From an uncultured Hormoscilla sp. (GTDB taxonomy: Bacteria > Cyanobacteriota > Cyanobacteriia > Cyanobacteriales > Desertifilaceae), in assembly GCA_963921275.4 (NCBI GenBank), contig OZ001293.3:1760001-1824000 (forward strand): a DNA stretch of 64,000 bases, read 5' to 3'. The notes under the pieces were generated by a model, which was not told the DNA's origin, made no database searches, and worked only from the letters and a program-made list of their open reading frames with translations. The position numbers and the translations under genes were made by a program. Below, piece by piece: positions 1 to 9,484 of this stretch; the first letter of the stretch is position 1; the number at the start of each line of letters is the position of its first letter.

Positions 1-11
1 TGGAGTATTCC

Positions 12-476
12 TTGGAGGCAAATGACACTCAATACGTTGTACTCCTACCCGTTGACTCACCTGTGGAGATTTTTGTTTGGCCATTAGATGAAGATGCTGA
101 CGAACCGATCCCCGTAGACTCGTCGGTGGAAATTGCCTCCGAAATGTTTGACCTAGCTAAAGCTGTGCTGGCAGAGAAAAACCTCACCCTCCAGCAGACA
201 GCTGTGATGTTGACAGTTGCAGGTGAACTGCCCGAGTTGAACCAGGTGGAAGAGGAACCAGACCCAGACTCGGAAGCACTTATTCACTTGGCTAGCTTCT
301 ACTATAAACAACAGGAATACGATGTATATGCGCTCTTAGACCCCCTATTGCTCCTAGCGAGGATGAATGATGCTGGGAGTCTGGAATTGCTATCACCAGA
401 AGAGTTATCCCGCATAGAGCCTCTGCTGCCAGAGATAGAAGAACAGCTATCTAAGGCTCTGTCTGGAACCCAATAG
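12..476 (+). CDS. DUF3727-like cyanobacterial protein (probably 5'-partial)
   Basis: Acidic ORF resembling the conserved gene found upstream of mltG in cyanobacteria. Confidence 0.6.
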   Translation: MEANDTQYVVLLPVDSPVEIFVWPLDEDADEPIPVDSSVEIASEMFDLAKAVLAEKNLTLQQTAVMLTVAGELPELNQVEEEPDPDSEALIHLASFYYKQQEYDVYALLDPLLLLARMNDAGSLELLSPEELSRIEPLLPEIEEQLSKALSGTQ

Positions 477-480
477 CAAG

Positions 481-630
481 TATAATCGGGATCGTCTCAA
501 TGCATGTATTTGCGATTGAGGCTAATTGCAAAGGGGGAATGGCGAAGGTCAAAAGGGGCAATTGTAAATGAACCATTACTCAATTTACAATTGACAATTT
601 ATAAATCTGAGATGCACTCATTATAATCGG
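481..630. mobile_element. Degenerate MITE-like element
   Basis: TATAATCGG direct repeat at 481 and 622 flanks imperfect terminal repeats (GATCGTCTCA ... TGAGATGCACTC). Confidence 0.35.
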
Positions 631-687
631 CAAAGATTCGCAGGCCAGGTGCCTCCTTTGTAATAGTTGACAAGATTAAGGATAAAA

Positions 688-1761
688 ATGGAAGTTGTTT
701 CACGCATCTCCAAATGGTCGTTCTATCTGCTACTGTTCCCAGTAGTACTGGGAATCTGCGGCTGGCAAGGTTGGGCTTGGTGGAGTTGGGCGGCCTCCTC
801 TCCAGTCTCGTCCGCGAAGTCGGAAACTACAGCCACCGGGGTGCAAGTAGAAATTCCCCTGGGAACTACCAGTCAGGAGATTGGCGAAAATTTAGAGGCG
901 GTAGGATTGATACGTTCGGCTAAAGCTTGGGACCTGTGGTCCCGTTGGTTGAGGCTGCAAACGGATGAGGGTGATTTTCAAGCAGGGGTCTACCAATTGT
1001 CGCCGACTCAGTCCATGGCAGAAATTGCGGAGCAAATTTGGCTCGGAAAGGTGGTCCAGACGAGCTACAGGATTCCCGAAGGATGGAATATTAAACAGAT
1101 GGCGTCCTACTTTGAAGCCCAGGGCTTTTTTAGCGCGGCGGCCTTTGTAGTAGCAACTCGTCAGAACTACGAGCGTGAATATCCTTGGCTCCCCCGTGAC
1201 TTGCCTCACCTGGAAGGCTTTCTCTATCCCGACAGTTACCAGATGCCGAAAGATGCCATTACTCCGGACTCGGTCGTCCGACAGATGCTCGGAGAGTTTG
1301 AGCGGGTGGCACTGCCAGTTTATCAACAAGCTCAACAAAATACTTCTATGAGTTTGTCCGAGTGGGTGACTTTAGCTAGCATTGTGGAAAAAGAAGCCGT
1401 AGTCAGTTCGGAACGCGCTATAATTGCTGGGGTGTTTACCCAGCGACTGCAGCTGGGCATGAGACTGGAAGCAGATCCGACTGTAGAATACGGGTTGGGC
1501 ATCAAGCAGACTCGCGATCGACCTTTAACTTACCAGCAGGTAAGCACCGCTTCCCCTTATAATACTTATCTCAATCGCGGCTTGCCCCCGACCCCGATCG
1601 CTAGTCCGGGAATAGCTAGCTTAAAAGCGACTCTATACCCAGAAGAGACGGATTATCTGTTTTTTGTCGCCCGCTATGATGGTACCCATATCTTCAGCCA
1701 CACCCTGGCAGAACATAACGCGGCGATCTCTACCGTAGAGAACTCACTATTCTCTCGCTAA
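688..1761 (+). CDS. mltG: Endolytic transglycosylase MltG (YceG family)
   Basis: N-terminal TM segment; motifs LEGFLYPDSY, LASIVEKEA, LEADPTV, SPYNTY..GLPPTPIASPG. Confidence 0.92.
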   Translation: MEVVSRISKWSFYLLLFPVVLGICGWQGWAWWSWAASSPVSSAKSETTATGVQVEIPLGTTSQEIGENLEAVGLIRSAKAWDLWSRWLRLQTDEGDFQAGVYQLSPTQSMAEIAEQIWLGKVVQTSYRIPEGWNIKQMASYFEAQGFFSAAAFVVATRQNYEREYPWLPRDLPHLEGFLYPDSYQMPKDAITPDSVVRQMLGEFERVALPVYQQAQQNTSMSLSEWVTLASIVEKEAVVSSERAIIAGVFTQRLQLGMRLEADPTVEYGLGIKQTRDRPLTYQQVSTASPYNTYLNRGLPPTPIASPGIASLKATLYPEETDYLFFVARYDGTHIFSHTLAEHNAAISTVENSLFSR

Positions 1762-1889
1762 TGCCTCACAGTTTTTGTCAAGTTGGCACTCAAGCCCCTT
1801 CCAGAAAGAGATCATCTTTTGACATTTCTTTGACATAATTGGTTTATTTGTGCCTACCTGCTTACCATGTCAACAGTCGTAAACAGACA

Positions 1890-2411
1890 ATGACTGCCAT
1901 GTCCTGGAATCAACTCTTACAGCCAGACCTAGTTCTGGGCAGGTCAATTATACATCTGACACCAGAAATTCTGCAAAAATACAGCCTCAAAGGGTTGGTG
2001 TTGGACGTGGATGAAACCCTTGTTCCCCTGCAGATACCTCAGGCTTCGGCAGAACTACGTCAGTGGGTGGAACAGATTAAACAGGTAGTGCCGCTGTGGA
2101 TGGTCAGCAATAATCTGAATCGATATCGTATTCAGAGAATTGCTACGGACCTGAATTTGCCTTACCTCATCGGGGCTGGTAAACCGTCCCGGCGGAAGTT
2201 AAGACGCGCTGTCTCAGCTATGGAACTGCCGGTGAAAAAAGTAGCAATGGTGGGCGATCGCCTGTTTACTGATGTTCTGGCTGGCAATCGCCTGGGCATG
2301 TTTACCATTCTGGTAGAACCGATGGTTCACCCCGGTGACGCAGCGCGGATTTACCCGATCCGTGCTTTTGAAACCTGGCTGCTGTATAACTTGACAAGCA
2401 TGAGACTATAG
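1890..2411 (+). CDS. yqeG: YqeG family HAD IIIA phosphatase, C-terminus truncated by a palindromic insert
   Basis: LDVDETL, KP and MVGDRLFTDVLAGNRLG motifs. Confidence 0.88.
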   Translation: MTAMSWNQLLQPDLVLGRSIIHLTPEILQKYSLKGLVLDVDETLVPLQIPQASAELRQWVEQIKQVVPLWMVSNNLNRYRIQRIATDLNLPYLIGAGKPSRRKLRRAVSAMELPVKKVAMVGDRLFTDVLAGNRLGMFTILVEPMVHPGDAARIYPIRAFETWLLYNLTSMRL

Positions 2412-2437
2412 TATCTCATGCTTGTCAAGTTATACAG
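2382..2437. repeat. Palindromic insert with 24-bp arms
   Basis: CTGTATAACTTGACAAGCATGAGA ... TCTCATGCTTGTCAAGTTATACAG. Confidence 0.85.
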
Positions 2438-2842
2438 GGGCCAAGTTTTGGGGGCCAGCTTGGCAACACAAAACTTAACAAATCTTGAGCGATCGTCAAA
2501 AACTGAAATATAAAGAAAAGATTATGAAGAATGGCATGTGGGTGGATGGCTGGGAGGATAGAAATAGTTCAAATGGGGTCAGCCGAATAAAGACCCTAAA
2601 TAAGTACATAGGCAAAATTATTTTAATATTTTTCCCAGCCGTCAATTCCAGAGAAGTTCAATCCATGAAAGCCTTATGGGATAGGGATTTCAGCCATAAT
2701 TTTCCTGCAAGATCGCCTAAACCACAAATATAAAAATAATTTTGCACAACTACTTATAATACCCTGTAAATATTTATGTAGAGCGTCAGCCTTCCACACC
2801 AGAAGCGCTGGCGCTCTGCAATTATAACTCTTTTTGTTCGCG

Positions 2843-3946
2843 ATGTCAGAAACGATCGTTGTCAAAATTGGCACTTCCAGCCTCACCCATCCAGAAAGGG
2901 GAACCTTGGCACTGTCCACCATTGTAACTCTGGTGGAGGTGCTGACTGATTTGCGCCAGCGGGAAAATCGGGTAATTCTGGTATCCTCAGGTGCGGTGGG
3001 AGTGGGCTGCGCTCGACTGGGGTTAACCAATAGACCCCGTAGTATAGCACAAAAACAAGCAGTTGCCGCTGTGGGTCAAGGACGCCTGATGCGGGTATAC
3101 GATGACTGGTTTACTCAACTGCAACAGCCCATAGCCCAAGTGTTGCTGACGCGAGGAGATCTAGAGGATCGCGAACGCTACCTGAATGCCTACAATACAT
3201 TTGGCGAACTGCTGGATCTAGGGGTTATCCCGATAGTGAATGAAAATGATACGGTGGCGACAGAGGAACTTAAGTTTGGCGACAATGATAGCCTCAGTGC
3301 TTTGGTAGCTAGCTTAGTAGAAGCTTCCTGGCTGTTTATACTCACAGACGTTGACCGGCTTTATTCAGCCGACCCCCGCCTGGTACCAAACGCCCAACCC
3401 ATTATTCTGGTAAAGGATCTAGATCAACTAGCAGAGGTAGAAACGGAGACCAAGGGTTCTCAATGGGGTACGGGGGGGATGAAGACTAAAATTGCTGCTG
3501 CTCGTATTGCGACAATGGCTGGCGTCCGCACCGTGATTACCCAAGGACGAAACCCAGGCAACATCGAAAAAATATTGCAAGGAGTTCCCCTGGGCACCCA
3601 GTTTGCACCCCACCCAGAACCAATCAATGCCCGCAAGCGATGGATTGCTCACGGTTTAATTCCCAGTGGAACGCTTTACTTAGATGATGGGGCAGTAGCA
3701 GCGATTTGCCAACGGGGTAAGTCCCTGCTGCCTGCTGGTATTACCCAGGTGTCCGGAGAGTTTAACAGTTTAAATGCTGTATTACTGTGCGATGCCGAAG
3801 GAAAGGAAATTGCTAGAGGGATTGTTAACTACAGTAGCGCAAAATTGCAGCAGATTAAAGGAAGACAATCAGATGAAATCACGATGATATTGGGCTATAT
3901 GGATGCTGAAACTGTCGTTCACAGGGATAACCTGGTTTTGAGCTAA
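2843..3946 (+). CDS. proB: Glutamate 5-kinase with PUA domain
   Basis: [33 protein letters not shown]. Confidence 0.97.
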   Translation: MSETIVVKIGTSSLTHPERGTLALSTIVTLVEVLTDLRQRENRVILVSSGAVGVGCARLGLTNRPRSIAQKQAVAAVGQGRLMRVYDDWFTQLQQPIAQVLLTRGDLEDRERYLNAYNTFGELLDLGVIPIVNENDTVATEELKFGDNDSLSALVASLVEASWLFILTDVDRLYSADPRLVPNAQPIILVKDLDQLAEVETETKGSQWGTGGMKTKIAAARIATMAGVRTVITQGRNPGNIEKILQGVPLGTQFAPHPEPINARKRWIAHGLIPSGTLYLDDGAVAAICQRGKSLLPAGITQVSGEFNSLNAVLLCDAEGKEIARGIVNYSSAKLQQIKGRQSDEITMILGYMDAETVVHRDNLVLS

Positions 3947-3989
3947 TTGAACAATTGCAAATTGATAGTGGTTAGCAGTTAGTAGTTAT

Positions 3990-4036
3990 TGGACAACTAT
4001 CAACTGACAACTGACAACTGACAACTATCAACTGAC
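3990..4036. repeat. Heptamer short tandem repeats (STRR-like)
   Basis: (TGACAAC/TATCAAC)n after proB. Confidence 0.7.
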
Positions 4037-4134
4037 TAAAAAGTAGATAGGGATTCTGGAGGTGCGAGATATCGACCAGCTACGACACCGTTCTGGCTTG
4101 ATTTTAAGCCCGGGAGGCTACTGTGGTCGGCTAT

Positions 4135-4190
4135 ATAGCCCGCGCAGGCGGGCTATGTTCATGTAGCCGGACTATTTAGGGTTCGGGCGG
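4135..4190. repeat. 56-bp dispersed REP-like element; inverted copy at 8752-8807, partial copy near 26325
   Basis: ATAGCCCGCGCAGGCGGGCTAT...TAGCCGGACT..TAGGGTTCGGGCGG. Confidence 0.75.
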
Positions 4191-4264
4191 GGAGGCCTAC
4201 AGCTAATATTTGCGATCGCATTCTGTTGGGACATCGCAGGGGCGATCGCGATCGCCCCTCATCA

Positions 4265-4395
4265 CAGTCTACAATAAGCTATTGTAAACTTACGCTAGCT
4301 TATTGTAAGCCAGCAATAGCTTATTGTAAGTCTACAATAGTTTGTTGTAAGCCAGCAATAGCTTATTGTAAGCCAGCAATGGCTTATTGTCAAGC
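4265..4395. repeat. 21-bp tandem repeat, about 6 imperfect copies
   Basis: CAATAGCTTATTGTAAGCCAG units. Confidence 0.85.
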
Positions 4396-4525
4396 TGCGT
4401 CGTGCTGTTGAAATAGCTAATGGGACAAGAAAAACTTCTCCCGAGTAGGATCCTGGTCAGGTCACGACTAGAGGCGGAGCCTTTAGAACTCGTTCCCAGG
4501 CTCCGCCTGGGAACGAGAGGAAATT

Positions 4526-4690
4526 TTTCAGCGGCGGTATGGTCTACACTGGCAGTGGCAATGTACTTGCCATCGGGACTGAAAGCCACTGCTGTTACCT
4601 AGCGATCGTGGGTAATGGTGGCAATTTGTGCTCCTATGGCGGCAAACCACACCTCGGCGGTATAGTATGCACTAATCGTAATTCAAAAAA
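4526..4690 (-). pseudogene. WD40-repeat protein fragment
   Basis: AVAFSPDGKYIATASVDHTA WD40 motif, cut off by a repeat element near 4520. Confidence 0.6.
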
Positions 4691-4751
4691 ATGTACCATA
4701 ATTCCCCAAAATGATGTAACATGATTATATTCGACAAACGGACAATTTTTC

Positions 4752-7700
4752 ATGAACATTCTCGAACTAGGTGACAACCAACTGCCTCCCTTAGACTATA
4801 GCAGTTTGCTGGAAAAGATATTGTCGGTGCTGGAAAAGGAGGAAAATCCGTTCAAGTTCTCGAAAGATGGCAAGAGATTGCAAATAGATGTCGATCGCAT
4901 CGCTTTTGCGGTGGCGACGGCACGAGTAGAGAATCCTTTGGCCCTCAGCAGCGGCGTCAAGATGGCTACTGTTAATTTTAGCTCAAAAGAGAATTTTGCC
5001 AATCGCATCCGCAAAATCCGCGATCGCCTGGGCCAACTGCTGCGGGATGCTGCCCCCAAGGGAAATGTAGAGGAGGCGATCGCGGATTTGTTGACTGATT
5101 TATCAACATTTAAGGGTTCCAGTCCTGCTTTAGGATTTACCTATCCCTTCTCAAGAGAGTATACAGGCTTGCAAAAACATCGCCTCAGTATCCAGTTTGA
5201 TCGCCGGGGAAGCGATTCCCTGCTAAAATTTCACAAGTTGACTATTACTGTGGGGGGGATAAATAGCTTTAGAGAACAGCTGCAAGCAAGTCTGTCCAAC
5301 TATATCCAGAGTCAATTTGCTGATGTGGAAGAGGATGATTTAGAGGATTTAAATGAGACGCTAACGGACTCGATCGAGGATAAAAAGTCTGACTTGTATG
5401 AACTCCGGCGCATCATGGATACAGAATCTCTGGGGAAGCTGAAACGAGAGGCAAAAATCCGTTATCTAGAATTTATCCTGGCAAATATCGACAGTAATGT
5501 GGAGGACAGGGTTTATTTGGAAAATTTGATTCGGCGACTGCGGTTGCTAGAAGATTACATCAACGATAGGGACAAAGATGACGAATATTACCGAGTCAGC
5601 TATGAGGGTACATTTGTTAATTTACGAGATATGTTTGCTCGCGCGGAAGTGTTTGATAGTCTGCCCATTATTCCCTTGATAGCTGGACACTTGGGAGAAA
5701 CTACGGATGAAGAACGGGGCGAAAGGCAGTTTACTTTCGGGATGAAACTCAAGTTTAACGGTGAGGTTCACACAGAAGAGAGATCCCCCACAGTGTTGGA
5801 TTATCATCTGAGTCAGATATCGCCTCAAAGCCCAAAACATCGGGAGGAACTGTCAGATACTAGCAGCAGCGAAATTTTCAAAAGAAGAGTATTGAAACTT
5901 GCCTTTCTCTATGATTTTGTATTATATTCTGAGTTGGATCCTTTAGCAGATGACTATTACCCCAACTTGGAATTAACGCACGATCCGGTGAAATATGTGA
6001 ATGGGAATTGTTTACCTATCTTGAAAAGTGATAGAGAAGATTTCAAGCGCGAACGAGTATTTCAAACTATCATCAAAAGATTTGAGAAGAAAAAAATCGG
6101 ATTGAAAATCAAAAAATTGCAAAAGCTGCTGAAAAACTTTATGAAACGCGATCGCATATTACCGAAGCATTCATTGCAGTTGCAAGTTGGGGTAAAAAAG
6201 GGTATACTAGAGCGCAGCCAAGATCGTATTCTAGAGGAGAGGAGGTTTTTCAAATCTGTTTGGGATGGAAAAAAAGCTCTCAAATATCTTGCGGTCGAAG
6301 AAGGCCATGTCGATAGCAGCTATCTCTGTCATCTGCCAGTGAAGATCGCCTTTGAGGATCTGCGGTATTTTAGGACGGACGATCTGCAAACCTTTAGCAT
6401 GGGTTATGATATAGAGGATCGGAAAACCCTGCCAGTTCTGCTCACTCCTTCTTTGCAGGAAAAACGCTGTAAAGACACCTACGATCAATCATTTATGAAT
6501 AAGAAGACTGAGGTCATAGAAGGCAATTTAATATTAGTCACATATGACCATCAGCGGTTACAAAGCCAGATTTTCCAGGAGATCAAATCTCACAAAGCCT
6601 TCTTGTATCGGGTAACATTCTCCCTGTTACTATATATATGCTTGTGGATGTTGCTAAATTTGGTTGAGTCGAGAATATTCGTCCCGATAATGCGGTGGCA
6701 TTTGCGATCTGACCAAGACAGTTCTCAAGGGGAAGAGTTGATGCGATCGCTCTCGAATATATTATCCCACTTACTCAGCGACAAGCATCAGTCTAACGCC
6801 CAAGGGATTAATATTGGAGATAAAAGCGGGGAAAGATTCAGAGTTAATAAGGCCCTCAGTTCTCTGTATTCTGTACTCCCGAAAGTCTTTCAATTCTCTG
6901 ACTATCAGCCCCAGTTGGAGAAACTAGCTATTATTGTAGTCAGTAGCAAGGAAAGTGATGCCAGTTGGCGGGGCGATCGCAAGTTGTCTACCTTGCTGGG
7001 GGAGGCGATCGGCATTGAGAAGTTAGGAAATAGCATTCGCCTGGAACCTCTGTACAGCTTTTGTGCTAACGACGAACACGCACAGATGTTTCAAAGACCG
7101 GTGGCGATCATGGATGCAGTGACCAAACTCTACCGTCAGGGTTTCCGACATTTCCTGTATATTGCCAAAACCCCCTATTCCAGTACCCTGAACCTGACAC
7201 AGAAGGACGAAGACGACTCGCTGTTTTTCATGTCCCGACAGGGGATGCAGGCATTAAAGGAAGGGAAAAGCGATATCAAAATCTACCCGGTATTCTATGA
7301 TAAATACTATGTGGTGCCATTGAAAAAGACAGAGATATCGATGTACGTGCAAGATACCAGGGAGTTGACCAACTTAGTGGCGGACTCCAGCAAGCAGGTG
7401 GTAGTCTTCTATAACCTCTACAATGGGATTAAAGTAGGAAATAAAAAAGACGATAAGGTTTACAACGGCGTGATTTCCTACGCTACCCTGCTGGGAGATT
7501 TTTATGAGGGGGTTCTGGATGACCAAGACATCAACATGGGTTTGATATATGATAGCAATGGCAATAGCCTGAAAACGGATATCTTGCAATATCTCACCCT
7601 GTTTCACTTTTCCCGCTACGAAGCTATGCCCAGAAGAGATCGTAATATTAGTCTGAAGCTGGATGGGGTCGAGCCGGGAATCGCTTCCCGACCCTCCCTT

Positions 7701-8676
7701 TCGGAACCGGACTTGCGATTTTCACCGCATCCGGCTACTGGGTACTAGGCCCTTTTCATAGGTAGACTTAATAGGAATTACTTCCGTTAGCCCTTGCCGC
7801 CTGTCTTTTCTTCCCTTTCCTGGTTTAGCGAGTGGTTGTTCTGATAACCGTTAGTATCACCATTTTCAAGTCAGTTTTACCAGTTATCCATACCTTATCC
7901 TCCACTTGCGTTTCGGATTAGTTCCGTGGCTTTTTAGGATTACTCATTCCAGCAGCTTCCTAGTATCACCGACCCACGTCAGCGCTGGCTACCCAGCATC
8001 ATCTACATTACTGTAGATGTTATCCCAGGAATTACCCCGGGCATTCGCTTCTTGGGCCATCCCTCCCCCCGTGGCTTGCGCTTAACATCTAACTTGTCCT
8101 GATGGACAGCACACGAGAGGTTACTTCGTTCCCTAACAACATTTCGCGATACCTTTAGGTCCACACTATACCCCGGGAGCTATTTGAGTACTATATTAGC
8201 CAGAGTCTAAAACTAATACTAGCTACCATTTCCTTTTTAGGCCAGCGCATATAGCCTTATTTCGCTGGTTCCTTATAACGAGGCTTGCACATGTTTGCCT
8301 GCTCTAACCTTGGATATCTTTCCTAGCGGCGTCACCGGCTTAGGCTGCCAGTTATCCTACATTTGAGTCCTCGCTTAGCACCACGATGATGTCGCTTCGT
8401 AGCACCGAGGACCGGTGTCACCCCCGTACCTGGGGGGAGGGGAATTTAACCCCCATGCGGTCAGAGTTCCCGGCTAATGAAACCGGGCTAGCGTTCCGTG
8501 TTTGACCACGTTAGGCTAGAACGAATCGCACAGACCCCTACAAGAATATAATTGGGGATGATGCGGTAGGGGCCCTGTCAATTGTTCCTCACAGCACCCA
8601 AAAAGTGGAATTTAACCTTCTCGCCTTCTTGACAGAAGCGAGGCGGGCCTTGAATGTACAAAAAGGAGGCCGATAG
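4752..8676 (+). pseudogene. Large hypothetical protein (~1017 aa when the insertion is removed) with a putative inactive MID-PIWI C-terminal half; interrupted at 7661-8531
   Basis: Joining 7660 to 8532 restores an open frame (..ISLKL|DPYKNIIGDDAVGALS..ALNVQKGGR*). The PIWI-like call rests on motif order seen by eye only. Confidence 0.6.
7661..8531 (-). mobile_element. ORF-less group II intron (871 nt), antisense to its host gene
   Basis: Minus-strand 5' end GTGCGATTCGTTC; domain V AGTAGCCGGATGCGGTGAAAATCGCAAGTCCGGTTC; DVI hairpin; near-identical to 32176-33045. Confidence 0.93.
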
Positions 8677-8902
8677 GTAGGATCAATAGGGCCACAGGAG
8701 CCAGAGCCTCTGGGCGACGTTATAGCGAATCTCGGCATTGATGTGATACAGCCGCCCGAACCCTAAAGAGTCCGGCTACTCGAACCAAGCCCGCCTGCGC
8801 GGGCTATTCGTGAGATTCATCCATCTCCGACAGCAGATAACACAAAGGATGAGAACTGCTATACCAGCGAATAGAAAATGAGGAGAAACTTAACTATCTA
8901 TT

Positions 8903-9331
8903 ATGGCTGAACTAACAATTAAAGTGCCAGATGAACTGGCTAAACGCTTACAACCTCTCGAAAATCGTCTGCCCGACTTGCTGAGTTGGCTAGTAGACAA
9001 TATTTACCCTAGAGAGTCTGCGCCGGCGCATCCCGAAGCATGCGCGCCTCAGCGCATGCGGAGAGGAGAGCAGTTACTTCTAGCAGTTGCTAGTCCGACT
9101 GACCTGCCGCCAGTTTATGGGGAAGTAATTGATTTTTTAATCAATGCTCCTAGTCCTCAAGAAATTGCCAGGTTCAAAGTTTCTTCAGCAGCGCAGGCGC
9201 GTTTGCGATCGCTCTTAGAGAAAAACAGAGAAGCAACTCTGAGCGAAACAGAAATAGCTGAACTATATCTGTACGAACAGCTAGATCGACTGATGATTTT
9301 ACTAAAGGCTCGCTCTTATAGTTGGAAATAA
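8903..9331 (+). CDS. Small antitoxin-like hypothetical protein with an in-frame repeat insert
   Basis: MAELTIKVPDELAKRL RHH-like start; LLEKNREATLSETE C-terminus. Confidence 0.55.
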   Translation: MAELTIKVPDELAKRLQPLENRLPDLLSWLVDNIYPRESAPAHPEACAPQRMRRGEQLLLAVASPTDLPPVYGEVIDFLINAPSPQEIARFKVSSAAQARLRSLLEKNREATLSETEIAELYLYEQLDRLMILLKARSYSWK

Positions 9332-9484
9332 AAATGAGTTTTCCTTTAATTCCTTATGCTATAATTAGTTGAAGATGTTATTAGTCGGTTTCAACCGAAT
9401 TCAGCTATTAGCAGGGGGTTTGAACCCCCTGCGGGCTAACAGCGAAGTGAACAGCAAAGTGAAGAGTTAAGGAGGTAGATAAGT

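Noticed and set aside
2570..2600. Possible riboswitch or sRNA hairpin upstream of proB (GGGGTCAGCCGAATAAAGACCC)
   Set aside because: Short stem only; I cannot match it to a known family without an Rfam search
4057..4077. Degenerate att copy of the ssrA 3' end (TGGAGGTGCGAGATATCGACC)
   Set aside because: Only about 14 of 21 positions match and no integrase is present; could be chance
4265..4395. Possible CRISPR array or guide locus upstream of the PIWI-like gene
   Set aside because: Plain 21-bp tandem repeat without spacers
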